A DNA stretch of 64,000 nucleotides from Blepharisma stoltei ATCC 30299. Its lineage: Eukaryota; Protista; Ciliophora. Under the pieces are notes generated by a model. The model had not been told where the DNA came from and made no database searches. It saw only the letters and a program-made list of their open reading frames with translations. The stretch lies in the NCBI GenBank assembly GCA_965603825.1, contig CBFDEM010000018.1, positions 124,001 through 188,000 on the forward strand, read 5' to 3'. The position numbers and the translations under genes were made by a program. This document shows positions 1 through 12,483 of this stretch, one piece after another. How positions within the stretch are numbered: the first letter of the stretch is position 1; the number at the start of each line of letters is the position of its first letter.

Positions 1-1
1 T

Positions 2-1870
2 TCATCGCAAAGGCCAGAAATATCCAAATCAGCCTCAATAGAAGAAACAAAGACGGCTTTGACACCAAGCAAGACTTTGCCTATACAAAATATCGATTTC
101 ATAGAAAAAGGAGAGCTAGTGAGAGCAGGTACTGGCTTATATAAAGGGCTAATAATAGGGACTTCAAATAAAGGTGAGCGAGACCGTATTAGAGCCCTTT
201 TCGATACCCAGCAAGTTCTTTACACTGATCCTCAGTTTCCTCCTGAACAATCTAGCTTAGCTAAGAATTTTTCTGGGCTATCCTATAGTGAACAAAAGCT
301 ATGAAAATCTTTTCAATGGAAACGTGCATCAGAAATTTATAGTCAGCCTATAAAAGTTTTCAACAATATCGATCCAAATGATATCTTGCAAGGAGACCTT
401 GGAGACTGCTATTTCTTATCAACCCTTTCTGCAATAGCTGAATTTCCTAAAAGAATTGAAAAACTTTTTGATACCCAAGAATACCAGCCATCAGGCTGCT
501 ATACAGTCAACATTTGTGACATGGGGACATGGACTGACTACGTTATTGATGACTTTTTCCCTTATAACCCAAAAAAAGAAAAAGTCGCATTTTCAGGGCC
601 ACATATCCAAAGCGGGATAAGCGAACTTTGGGTACTTTTGATAGAAAAAGCTTGGGCTAAAAGATTTGGGTCATATAAAGCTATAGACTCAGGGCTTACA
701 CAAGATGCATTAAGAGACCTAACTGGAGGCCCATGTGAGACTTTGCCAATAGAAGATGAAAATTTGTGGGAAAAAGTTCTTAGTGCCGACCAAAGAGATT
801 TTATTATAACAGCTTCTAGCTCTGGAGAAGAAGGAAACGGCGATGCGATAAATGAGCTTGGCTTAGTTACCCTTCATGCGTATTCTGTAATTGCTGCAAG
901 AGAAATCATATCAAGAAGAGGCCCAGAAAAATTATTACAAATCAGAAACCCATGGGGTTCTCAAGAATGGCAAGGTGCTTGGTCAGACAACTCAGACCTA
1001 TGAACTCCTGAGCTTAAACAACAGCTAGGCTGGAGTAATGAAGATGATGGGACTTTTTGGATGTCTTTTGACGATTTTTCAGAATATTTTTCAAATGTCA
1101 CCATTTGTAGGGTCCATGATGATTATTACTATGAGTCCCTACATTATACACAAGCTAATAATGCATTTTCAGTATTTAAAGTGACAGTTCATGACGCAGG
1201 GGAGACTTATTTTATCTCTACACAAGTAGACGATAGGGTTTTTAGTACTGAAAGTGGCTATACTTATTCTCCTGCTAGAGTCATTGTAGCTAAGGTAAAT
1301 GAAAATATTGATCAAGACAGATTATCATATATAAATGCAGTCGGAAACTACGAAGAAAGAGATGTGTGGTGCAGCTCTGAGGTAGAAGCAGGGACGTATT
1401 TGGTATATATAGAAATCAATTTTTCAGGGAACTTTACGAATCAGCTTGCATTTTCTGTGTATTCGGCAGCTCCGGTTACAATAGAAGATGTGACGTTCCA
1501 GGAATGGGATTTCATAAGCCAGGTTTATACGTGTGACTTGGCTAGGAAAGAAGTAAAACCTGCCTTGCTTGGCCCTGATGTTTATTTTTATAGTGTAAAT
1601 CACTTTGGGGAGCGAAGTGATGGAAAAGTAAAAGAAGGGTTTTTATTTGATGCGATTGAAAATTGTTCCAAAGATTTAGTGCTGGAGATGGAAGCTATTC
1701 ATAAGACGATGATAAATATTGAGATGCTAGGGCAGTTTGCGGGGGCTGATACTTATAAAGTGGTTTTGAGACCTGGAGAGAAAGCAGTGGTGGTTAAAAA
1801 GCAAATTGACTTGGCGGCTGGACACACAACGGCACAAGTTATAAAGAAAAAGAAATTGACTTCGGCTTAA
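2..1870 (+). CDS. Calpain-family cysteine protease (CysPc + C2-like domain), 5'-partial; paralog 1
   Basis: ORFs 59-304, 386-1003 and 1061-1870 share one frame, joined by TGA at 302 and 1001; both align to TGG Trp in the adjacent paralog. Catalytic motifs QGDLGDCYFLS, HAYS, RNPWG. Ends TAA. Confidence 0.93.
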
Positions 1871-2107
1871 TAGAAAACAACTTTTTAATAATTGCTTTAT
1901 TCTGTATATGTTAAGTTTTATAATGGGAATCTTCCTGGATTTTGCTATTTTTTATTCTTTTATAAGTTCCTGAAAGAAAAATAAATTCTTTGACTGTATT
2001 TTATATATTTAATATAATAAAAAAAATACTTAGAAAAGCAAAAAGCAATTAAATATATTATGGGATAAAAAATTTAAGTTAAAAACGGAAACATCAGTTC
2101 CAATAAT

Positions 2108-4033
2108 ATGGCGTGGTGGAAAATACAAGGAACCCCTGATGCTTATGAAGATGAGGACGAAGATGTCGATCTTGAATACGGTGAAGAAGAGGAGGAAGAG
2201 GAAGAAGAGGAAGAGCCGTCTTACTCAGATAAAAAACCTGCAGGAACCAAAGTTCTGTTCAGAGAAAGAGAAGAAATCGCTGACATGGGACAAAACTTAT
2301 ATCGTGAACTTATTTCTAACACTTCAAATCAAGGCCAAACAGACCGTATTCGTCAAAATTACGAAAAATCGAAAACACTGTTCGTCGATCAACAATTTCC
2401 TGCTGAATCGTCAAGCTTAATCAAAGATCCAACGTTGGCAGATTTCCATACCCAAAGGCTGTGGAGAAGCTTTGTATGGAAAAGGGCTGAGGAAATATTT
2501 AAGCAGCCAATAAAAGTTTTCAATAACATTGACCCTAACGATATCCAGCAAGGCAGCCTAGGAGATTGCTATTTCTTATCAACCCTTTCAGCTATAGCAG
2601 AGTTCCCTAAAAGAATTGAACAGCTTTTTGACACTCAGGACTACCAACCATCAGGGTGCTATACAGTCAATATTTGCGATATGGGTGTTTGGACTGACTA
2701 TGTAGTAGATGACTATTTCCCATGTACAGCTGATGGAAAAATTGCATTTTCTGGGCCTCATATTGAAAGTGGGATAAGTGAATTGTGGGTGCTACTGCTA
2801 GAAAAAGCATGAGCGAAGAGGTTTGGAAGCTACTGGGCAATTGATGCAGGGTTTACTGAAGATTCGCTTAGAGATCTGACTGGTGGGCCATGTGAAACTG
2901 TTTTTAACGAAGATGAAGAGATGTGGGATAAAATTTACAATGCAAATAGAGAAGATTGGATTATTACAGCTGCAAGCTCTGGTGAAGAAGGCAATGGAGA
3001 CGCTGTTAATGAAATGGGTTTGGTCACCCTTCACGCTTATGCAGTCATTGATGCTCAAGAAGTTAGATCTAAACGAGGTAACGAAACTATTCTTCAAATT
3101 AGAAATCCTTGGGGGTCTCAAGAGTGGCAAGGAGACTGGTCAGATCAATCAGATCTCTGGACTCCAGAGCTGAAAAAGAAGCTTGGCTGGTCCAACTCAG
3201 ACGACGGAACTTTTTGGATGGCTTTTGATGACTTTGCAAGGTACTTTTCTAGTGTGACTATTTGCAGAATCCACGATAGCTACCATTATGAAGCTTTCCA
3301 TCACTCTCAAAAAGAAGGACAATTCGCAGTATATAAAGTAACACTTTCTCAGCCTGGCCAAACCTATTTTATTACTACCCAAATGGATTCCAGAAGATTT
3401 GCAGAAGAGGATGGATATGAATATTCCCCTGTAAGGATTATTGTTGGAAAAGTAAATCCTAAGAAGCCAGGGAATAAAGGATGCAAGCTTCAGTATATCA
3501 GTGGACTTGCCAATGCATATCAAAGAGATGTATGGAGTGTAGCTGATCTTGAAGCAGGAACTTATCTTGTTTATGTTGAAATAGACTGGTTGAATGAGCT
3601 CACAGATCAATATGGGTTTTCTGTTTACTCTGCTTCTCCAATCAAGCTTGAAGATGTCACATTCCAAGAAAAAAACTTTCTTCAAGACATTTATACTTAC
3701 AATCTAGCAAAGCAAGACTCTCAGCCACGATCTATTGGTGAAGGCATCTCCTTCTATACCTCTACTCACTATGGAGCCAAAGATGACGGGAAATTCATGG
3801 AAGGTTTCTTATTTGACTGCATCAGAAATAAATCCAGAAACACCATTATTGAGCTCGAAATTATGCATAAGTCCTTCGACAACATGGAACTATTAGCCCC
3901 ATTTGAAGGAGGCGACTCATACAAAGTCAAATTGAAGCCAGGCGAAAAGGCAGTCGTAGTGAAGAAACAAATCAGCTTGGTAGAAGAAACCAGCGTCGTT
4001 ATAAGCATGAGGAAGAAAATAATTCCAATTTAA
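2108..4033 (+). CDS. Calpain-family cysteine protease with acidic N-terminus; paralog 2
   Basis: 2108-2812 and 2921-4033 are in frame through TGA 2810 (LEKA*AKRF; paralog has EKAWAKRF). Motifs QGSLGDCYFLS, HAYA, RNPWG. Ends TAA. Confidence 0.95.
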
Positions 4034-4052
4034 GTTAAACTTTCTTAATACT

Positions 4053-4742
4053 TTAACGGTTATTTGTAATGGTTTTACTAGGTTTTTTTGGAAGTTCTGG
4101 GATTTCGCCTTCTATAAACTGAGGGAAATTCACAAAAAATTCATTGATTCCTCCAGAAAGCAAATAAATATTATCATAGCCTCTTAAAGCAAATTTTTGG
4201 GCTGCTTCTACACCTGGCCTTTCTTCCCAGGAATAAACGATAATGAATTTATCAGGCTGGTTTCTAAGTCGGAACACTTCTGGAATTATTCGATCTCGAG
4301 TGATATTGGGTGCAGGGAAGCAAATGCTTTCTTTTATGTGGAAAAGGTGATAGTCGTCTTCTTCTCTTACGTCAAGTATCACAAATTCTGAATCTTCGGT
4401 GATGCCGAGAGCTTGAGTGTTGACTGTGATAACTGAAAATGTGGATAATGCATCACTAAGGGCACTGCTGTAAATGCTGGCATTGTCAGTCATTTCTTTG
4501 AATTCTTCATGGCCAGCTTCGTTAGGGTTATCTCTTTTTATATTTTCTAAGATTTTTGCTAGAGTGCTGCATCTGATTCTTTTGAAGAGTTCTCCTTTTC
4601 GCTTTGCAGCTGTTTGATTGCTAACAATTTCTACATGTTTCATAGTTTTCCCAGTATTTACAACTGATTGGATATGCTGGTACTTAGAGCTGCGCGCAGG
4701 GACTTTTCTATCAAGTGGATTGTTATTCTTTCTATGCTGCAT
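4053..4742 (-). CDS. CEP41: CEP41-like rhodanese-domain centrosomal/ciliary protein
   Basis: First ATG at 4742. KYQHIQSVVNTG N-terminal motif plus rhodanese fold (ILDVRE..YHLFHI..GYDNIYLLSGG). Ends TAA. Confidence 0.8.
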   Translation of the reverse strand: MQHRKNNNPLDRKVPARSSKYQHIQSVVNTGKTMKHVEIVSNQTAAKRKGELFKRIRCSTLAKILENIKRDNPNEAGHEEFKEMTDNASIYSSALSDALSTFSVITVNTQALGITEDSEFVILDVREEDDYHLFHIKESICFPAPNITRDRIIPEVFRLRNQPDKFIIVYSWEERPGVEAAQKFALRGYDNIYLLSGGINEFFVNFPQFIEGEIPELPKKPSKTITNNR

Positions 4743-4817
4743 TGTTCTACTATAAATTATTACAAAATTATCCCAAATCAATAGAAATTCAAATGAACTA
4801 ATTAAAACACATAAAAT

Positions 4818-7475
4818 TTAGCTTTTTGGCTTAGCTCGATACATCATTTTTCTATAAGTCTCTTCTGTTGGCGGCACAAAAGTGTCTTTAAGCGCTTGTG
4901 GGCACACTCTCAATAAATATCCCATAGCATTTTCAATTCTTTTGCAAGCAGGCACTTCTTCTCCCTCTACAGTTTCTTCATCCCCAATTTTTGGAAGATT
5001 AGCTAAATAAGCAGCCCTGCTTACAGCTTCAATATATTCAATAAAGCTCATCTCTAAATGCCTTTTTTGATAAAGATCATCTATTTGAGTCATCATTGAT
5101 TGACTATAACACACATCGACTTCTCTCGCTGCAAAAGTGCTGCTTTGTAAGTTTGCGTCATTGCAAAGGGCTCTGAACTCTTCGAGACTCATAAAAGGTT
5201 TTTGGCCTGGAAGCGCTTTTTTGCCACTGTATCGCTTATAGACAGCATCGAGGATAGGCTTATAAGCTTTTAATACTAAATCTACGTCTTCACAGACGTA
5301 TTTTTCTAATCTTCATTTATTGGTGTCATAGAGGGTTATTATAGGTAATAAATGGTCATTGGTAAGTTTTTCTATGCCTTCTGCAGCATTTGAGACAATT
5401 TTGTGCTTGACGTATTTATCATTTGCGATTCTTGCGATTATTTCTATGAATTCATATCTGCAAAGACCATTTCCTGAGTTATAAATTTGATCCTTGTTTG
5501 TCTGAGAATTTACAGAATTTCATAGGACCCCGAGATCACTGATGCTGAAATGGTCATCAAAAACGCTTGCTTGGTTTAAAAAATCTAATAAAGAATTTGA
5601 AGTGATAGAAAAAATTTCACTCCCACTCCCAGCAGATAGAAACCTATAAGTTTCTCTTAAATCTTTATATATCTTTTTAAGATACTCTTTTACAGCCTCA
5701 AGATCTTCAGGCTTTTTCACAAAATTTGGGATGCGAGTATGTCTAAAATCGAACTCAAAGCCGTCCATATACTTGTTTTCCGTATCAAAGTCATAATTCT
5801 TAAATAGACTTTGTGGAACAGTCCATACAATTCTTTCATACTCTGTTTCCATTTCTCTAGGAATATATGAAGGAGCTTCTTCTCTAGGTTTACTATTAAA
5901 AATATCTTTAATATCACATGGAATTCCTTTAAAATCATGCCTATTTATATAAGTAATTTTATAAGCTTTTTCTTGAATTTTTATTTGTAAAGGAATATCA
6001 ATAGTTTCGTTAGAAAATTCTAAAGAGACAGCAGGACCTTCAAGGTTGCTGAAAAAGAAGCTGTTTACCCCTGGAGGGATAACCCTTGTAGTTTCATAAA
6101 TCCCTTGGCTATTTTTTAATAAATATTCTGGTTTGTACTCATCACATTCTAAATGAAGAAAAATTGGTTCCTCTAAGGTTCCAGATACCCCAGGGATCCA
6201 TCTAATGGTCACTTCTTCTCATTTTTCGCATATTCAGCAGTTGAGGCGTTCTTCTTTTTTGTGTGCTTGAGCATCAAAATGAGTCATTCTTCGAAAATGA
6301 TGCGAATTTTCGAAATTATTGTTTGTAGAAGTAGGAGTGAGAAATCCTCGAGAATTTATAGTACAACTGTTTCCATATACGTGGAGACCGAGGAGTGTAT
6401 GGTTTTGATTTAAACCATTTGTGAGTTCTTCACATTCTTTTGATGTGAAAGAGTTATATGAGATATCAAGGTGAAGAAGAGTTGTATTGGTTTGTATAGC
6501 ATGGCTCAAGGCTGATGCAGCTTCAATGTTATGATTCCTTCCAAGTGCGTTTCATGACAAATCTAGCTGCTGAAGTCCATCATTCTGGTTTATCCCATCA
6601 AAAATCTCAATCCCTCCTGTCCCTCTAATATTATTCCAATGCAAATCTAGCACCCTCAGCTGCTGATTATATCTTATCATTTCTCTAATAAATTTGGCAG
6701 ACTCATCCCCAATGTTATTTCTTGCCAAGCTTAAACTACTTAATGTTTTATTTTCTGATACACAGTTACATATTTTTCCTATATGTTTTTCGCTTAATTT
6801 TGTATTTTCTAAATCCAAATGCTTTAGCTGGCTGTATTTTTCGTTCAATAGCTCAATCAAGGTATTAACTGCTTGTGTGCCTATGATATTTCCAGCCAAT
6901 ATTATTCTTTTTATACGTTTATTTGACAGTTTTGAAATGACTCTTGCACTTCCAAACTCGCTTAGCCTGTTTTCTCTTACATTGAGGATATCAATTTCTT
7001 TAAGATGTCCTAATCCTTCAGAAAATGCATTAGCATAGTTGTCACCCATACTGTAATTATGGATATCAATTGAGGATTCTGGGCCTTTGCGCTTGACTAT
7101 TCCAAATGGCTTTGGGTTGAGCTTTTCTTTGTCAACCTCTTCAAGATAGGCTAAACTTGGTGGGTCTTCAACTTGTTCAAATTTATGACGCTGGCAAAGA
7201 GAAGGAAGATTAAGGTAGCAGTCAAAATATTCTAATTTGGCATGTGGGCCCACACGAGTTGTTTGGCAGTCTAGTGATTTATTTGCTGCTTCTCTTGAAG
7301 CGAGGAATAGTTTTCTTAATGTTTGTCTTTTAATATCTAGCTTTATTTTAGGCGGTGACTGGGTACTGTTTCTTTTTTCTCTATGGGTGAGAGAAGAGGA
7401 AAATGATTCATCAATTGAAGATCTTTTTATTCTCCCTATTAAAGGGAGCTTGAAATTTCTAGCTTCAATGCTCAT
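4818..7475 (-). CDS. Leucine-rich repeat (RI/NLRC3-like) protein, ~885 aa
   Basis: Four ORF-track pieces lie in one frame, joined by TGA at 6552, 6234, 6219, 5520 and 5313 (e.g. LDLS*NAL matches the neighbouring repeat LDLHWNNI). LxxLxLxxN repeats. Ends TAA. Confidence 0.9.
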
Positions 7476-7831
7476 CAGTTAATTTATTTATGATATCTTG
7501 AAATGGAAAAATAGATAAAATTATTGAAATTATTCTCATTCTAGCTGGCTTTTAGTAGATAATTTAGATAATATAGCACTGAGAAAAAGCAAAAAAGCAT
7601 TTTCTCTAGCGTTTTTACTCAATATACACATCGCAATCAAGCCTAATCGCAACATAGATCGGCAGTAAATTTGCCCAAAATATGCAAATATTTATGATGA
7701 GCCAAGATGCGTTACTTTTACCCAGAAACTACAAAATATGGATACTTCTATATCAAAAAATGATAATCTTATACGCCTTAACAATTATAAAGCTAATTCT
7801 ATAATATTAACATATCGCCTTATTCAAAGCT

Positions 7832-9181
7832 TTATGCAGCTGATATATAATGACTAACCTCCTGAAACCACCTCACCGAGACTCCTTTATCTGGACTAAC
7901 AATCCCATTATCATTGAAAATAAAAATATTTTCTATTGGTATCATGCTTTGGCGATAGGCCATAGAATCAGTCTCTTTGTTCCCAAATCCTGCATAAAAT
8001 GGCTGTGTATCAGTAGGGTAAAGCTCACGGATTTGCTTAAGTGCGTTTATCTTGAAAATATGAGGAGCATGCTTGATTATTTCTCTTACTAGTGAAGTAA
8101 AAACGGCATCAGGAGACACAATGACTGGACCTTCAGGTAAAAGTTGATGATTTTGCTTTATTGAAGCTAGCAATTTTCTAGTAGATTTTACTTGCCCGAT
8201 AGCCCGGGAAGACAAATAAACAATTTTATACCCTTTTTCTGATAGAGTACGGTAAAGATCGACAACGCCTGGACGAGTTCAGTCTATCCCTATAGTAGGC
8301 AAAACAATGCCTAGGAAGTCAGATTTTGTTATTGTACCATCGATATCTGAGACTATTATTTTACTTGTATGAGGCCATAGATACACCTTGCAGGTTAAGG
8401 TGCGCTTACCTTGGAGCATGCTGGAAACAGAGTATTCAATATCATTGGCACCGTATCGTAGGCCAAGCTGATGAAGTCTTTCAGAGTCTAGTATATAAGT
8501 TTTCCCAGGCTTAGTATATTTCCCAGCTTTAGGGGCAGACAGACGTTCGAAATTATCTTCAATGTCGCATGATGAAATTATTGAATATAATAATGGGATC
8601 CCTGTTTCTCTTATGTGGAATTCCCCATCAATTTTTAAAATCAGTTGTTCATTGCTTAAGAATTCGTACAAATTCTTTTCAAAATTTCTGAAAGAAATTT
8701 TGTTTTCATAAAACACCTTTTCAGGGTCTTTACTAGGCAGAAATTCGTCCCTGCATAAAGCTAATTCAATTCTTTTTTCAATTTCATTTTCAATGTCAAA
8801 GCTTGCTTTGCTGTCAACAGGCATAACTTTTGCTGAGGTTTTTGCACGATGGACATTTGCATCATGAAAACTTTCCTTTGCTCATAGATTTTTCGCTGAT
8901 GCCCTTTTTTCTCCTTGGGTTTCGTTTGAAGCTAAGTCTTCGAAATACGCTTTACCTTGGTCATTAAGTTTCATTTGGACATCAGTTAAGCGTCCATTGA
9001 CCCTGATTTCTACTGTTTTGGCCCTGCTTTTTAAGACTTTGAATTTGCCAAAAATCACATGAAAGGGTGTACCATGGAGAGTTCCGTCTTCATGCTCAAT
9101 GACTACAACGTCAAGTGCTCCTGAAAGAGTTGAGCCATTTACGTGAAATGCCCATGATAAATTGTTGACGAATCTAACCAT
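7832..9181 (-). CDS. PAH1: Lipin / phosphatidate phosphatase (PAH1-like)
   Basis: N-LIP (TLSGALDVVVIEHEDGTLHGTPFHVIFGK) and C-LIP with DIDGT catalytic motif. TGA at 8882 and 8279; the latter is the conserved G.DWT Trp. Ends TAA. Confidence 0.93.
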
Positions 9182-9496
9182 AGTAACAGTTATTTATTAT
9201 ATTATGCTGCTATATTGTCAATAGTTTTAGATACCATATTTCTGAGAAAGTTGCAATTTTAAATAATCAACATTTAGACAGAAATTAAATTTGGCAAAAA
9301 GTCGATCTTTAATAAGTAATAAGCTAATTTCAATAGCTTATAAAATAATATTCTACATCTTTTTCCATCACTTAAAATTAAAAAATATCCTTACACGTTC
9401 TCATTTTCTCGGCTATCTTCTCATTTATTATCAAAAAATCCGCCAGATACTGCTATATTTAATTCCATTTATATTTTTTTATATAATAGTCAAACC

Positions 9497-10723
9497 ATGT
9501 TAGGAAATTTTGAAATACCCTCTCCTACCCTTATAGCTCCAAACTGCTCAGAAGTAAGCAGTGAACTCTCCTTATCCCCGCTCCGTGAAGAAAGTAAAGA
9601 GCTGAACACCTTAAGGCTCCAATCCGCTTTATTAAAACTCAAGAAAAATCACAACTACAAAGACCCTCCCACAGACATTAAGCTTGAACAATCAATTGAC
9701 GGCTCATGCAAAATTTACGTCCGTAACACTAACTACAACCACGATAACTCATCTGAGCCCACCTGCACCCCTTCACTAAACGAGCCACAAGAACTTTATC
9801 CTACAGAGCTAGAACAGATAATCAACAGACTCAGAAAAATTGCAGAAGCAAGAAATTCTGAGTCCATATCGACCCCGCCTACCCCTACTCAATGCTATAT
9901 TTCCCTTGATCACTGCAGCATTGTATATTTCCCTGAAAATGCTGAAGTCCAAGAAACATCAGAACAATATGAAAATCTCCCTTCTTCTAAAGACACCCAA
10001 ACACCCAATGTGGAGCCTAAATACAACTTAAAATGCCCTCAGACTTTACGATTCATACAGAGAGCTTTAATGAGCTGTACATCAATAAGCTCTTTGCCTA
10101 GAACTCCTGATGATATTGTGCAGGAGTCTATTGATAGGTCTATTATTATTATCCACCCTAGGGAAATAAATGATGAAGGATTTAGGCCTGCTTTGTCAAG
10201 ACATAACTCGTCACATAATTATAGAGTTACGTCAATATCAAGGCATGGAGCTGAAGACCTAAGTCTTCCTGAAGCGATTCAGACGTTAAAAAAGAAATTA
10301 GAAGAACTGAGCATTGATGACTGCTCAGAGCAGGCGATTGATGATGAAAATATAAGGATAATTACAGTAGAATATTCACCAAGCTCTTCGCCAGGGAGCA
10401 TTTCGTCTATTGAGCAGTCCACCCCTGTTATAAAATCTCAAGAATATCCTGATTTGTTGTCACCGGAAACGAGGTTTAAGCTTATGAGAAAGCTCCATGC
10501 TGTGCAGGAGGATATGGAAGGGGAAGAAGAAAATATCAGAGAAATTGATGAGTCTACTGTAATTTATACGAATGAAGAAGAAAACTTTATGAATAATGCA
10601 AGGAGTGAAGCTAATTCTGCAGCAAGCCCAGTTTATCATATTCATATTGAGCCGAGTTTAAATGCAGTGGCTGAGAGATTAAGGAAGCTAAGGAGTGATT
10701 CAGAAACGCCGGAGGATTATTAG
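9497..10723 (+). CDS. Hypothetical low-complexity S/E/P-rich protein, 408 aa
   Basis: Long ATG-initiated ORF with coding-like GC content, flanked by AT-rich DNA. Ends TAG. No recognisable domain. Confidence 0.75.
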   Translation: MLGNFEIPSPTLIAPNCSEVSSELSLSPLREESKELNTLRLQSALLKLKKNHNYKDPPTDIKLEQSIDGSCKIYVRNTNYNHDNSSEPTCTPSLNEPQELYPTELEQIINRLRKIAEARNSESISTPPTPTQCYISLDHCSIVYFPENAEVQETSEQYENLPSSKDTQTPNVEPKYNLKCPQTLRFIQRALMSCTSISSLPRTPDDIVQESIDRSIIIIHPREINDEGFRPALSRHNSSHNYRVTSISRHGAEDLSLPEAIQTLKKKLEELSIDDCSEQAIDDENIRIITVEYSPSSSPGSISSIEQSTPVIKSQEYPDLLSPETRFKLMRKLHAVQEDMEGEEENIREIDESTVIYTNEEENFMNNARSEANSAASPVYHIHIEPSLNAVAERLRKLRSDSETPEDY

Positions 10724-11434
10724 AAATAAATCGGTATTTCCATTTTAATTTTTTTTTAATTAATTAAGGTTATCACTCCCAAGGGAGTCAATTTCTCTTA
10801 TTTTCAAAACTTTCTCAATAAATTCTCGTATTTTTTGAATTGTCATTTTAAATTATTGAAAGCTATTATCAGGTAGCTGAAGTTGTTTATTCTCTTCTCT
10901 TGCACTCTAGTACTTGCTTGCTAGTCTGCACTGCCTTGAACTATGCTATTTCTTTAGGAATTGGCCTGTATTCACTCTTGCAAGTCAGAAGATTGATGCC
11001 ACCTTGTATGTATCAACATAGGTTGACTTACATGAAAATCAAAAGTTCGAATCTGTAGACTAAAATGGAAACTCAAAGCCAAGGATGTAATGCGCTAGGT
11101 AAACTTCCTAATTACCTCAGTGTTACTAGAATAACACTTTCTAACTCTGAATCTCACTTTGTTTGAACTCTTGGCTTATTAGCCCAGCACTGCTATTCCA
11201 CTTACACAAGTAAACCTATCGTATAGCATATCTCACACCTCTTTCTTCCTTTTCCTCAAGGTATAGCCCTTTCAAGGCATCAACTGCAGGATCTAAAATT
11301 CGGTTTATTTTCGCGCCATTTTTCTGTACAAGCGAAATAAATCAATTTTCTTATTAATTTTACTTTTTTACCAATTATTATAAGATTAAATTATTTATAA
11401 GTTAAATTCAATACTTTCCAATAAGAATGAACTT

Positions 11435-12304
11435 TTAGGTATTAGTAATTGCTGTTGAATTAGTGCGATCGGGAGTCTTTGATCTCATTTCAAAAATTGA
11501 TAGTCTAGGACTAGTCTTGCTGAAGTCTATATCTTGTGTGATTCTTGCCCTCACAAATTCGAATTTTGCGTTATAAAATCCTATATCATCTTTTGTCACA
11601 GAATATTTTCTTTCAGAAAATTTGGCAAAATCTGGAGAGGAGTTTCTGAGAAAAGGGTCTCTCTTAGTCTCAAATCGGGCCTCGTTAACCAAGTTAAGGG
11701 GAATGTATTTCCTTTCAGTTTGTTTATTAAAATCAACTTCTGGGACATGCTGCTTTGGTAATTCAGGCGTTTTACGTCTTTTTATCCTCGAAATTTTTTG
11801 AATTAAATTTTCGTATTCATTTGCGTCAATTCTATTTTTATGTGTATCAGTATTAATAACTGATTTTTTAGGATATATGCACTCCAATTCATGATTAAGA
11901 CAACTTGGCAAGTGAATTCTTTGCTTTCTTGGAGTAGCAGTACTAGAGCGTGCTAAACATCCTCCGATAACTTTAGGTTTAACAATAGTAAAAAGAGGGG
12001 AATATTGCGTAGCCGTCGGGACGTCTTCAATTTTCCCTGAAAGGACTTTTTCTCTCTGTATTCGTGACTGGCATTTAAATGAGGAAGTCATTTGGCCTTT
12101 CCCTGAAGTCTGGATTTCCTGATCCATAATTTCTTGCTGCACCTTTGCTAGTTCTTTTTTTAAATCGCTATACGTAAAAGATTTTGGGGTTATTGAGTGG
12201 TCTTTTTTTCTATCAGTTTTATAAGCTAAACTAAACGTTAATGTTTTTCCATATCGAGAAATCAGAGGTGGGCTTACAGTTTTAACAATTTCTTTAATAT
12301 CCAT
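11435..12304 (-). CDS. Hypothetical basic protein, 289 aa (weak STPG/ciliary-repeat-like motifs)
   Basis: ATG..TAA ORF with repeated Y.P.F..V+ and DF.K...R motifs. Confidence 0.7.
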   Translation of the reverse strand: MDIKEIVKTVSPPLISRYGKTLTFSLAYKTDRKKDHSITPKSFTYSDLKKELAKVQQEIMDQEIQTSGKGQMTSSFKCQSRIQREKVLSGKIEDVPTATQYSPLFTIVKPKVIGGCLARSSTATPRKQRIHLPSCLNHELECIYPKKSVINTDTHKNRIDANEYENLIQKISRIKRRKTPELPKQHVPEVDFNKQTERKYIPLNLVNEARFETKRDPFLRNSSPDFAKFSERKYSVTKDDIGFYNAKFEFVRARITQDIDFSKTSPRLSIFEMRSKTPDRTNSTAITNT

Positions 12305-12483
12305 TTTATATAAATTTTCAAAGTCTGAGCTAAAACAATGTTATTGACAACTATAAGAATGTGAAACTATATGATGACTATTGCAAAATTATATTATTTT
12401 TTATATAATTTTATTTATAAGTAAATAATCCTTAATAACAACTGCCTTAGGCTAATATTTATAAATTCCATATATAGATAAGA

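Noticed and set aside
3452-3466. Possible 15-nt intron GTAAATCCTAAGAAG in calpain 2
   Set aside because: It ends in AAG rather than YAG, is not needed for the frame, and the KVN residues it encodes are conserved in the paralog.
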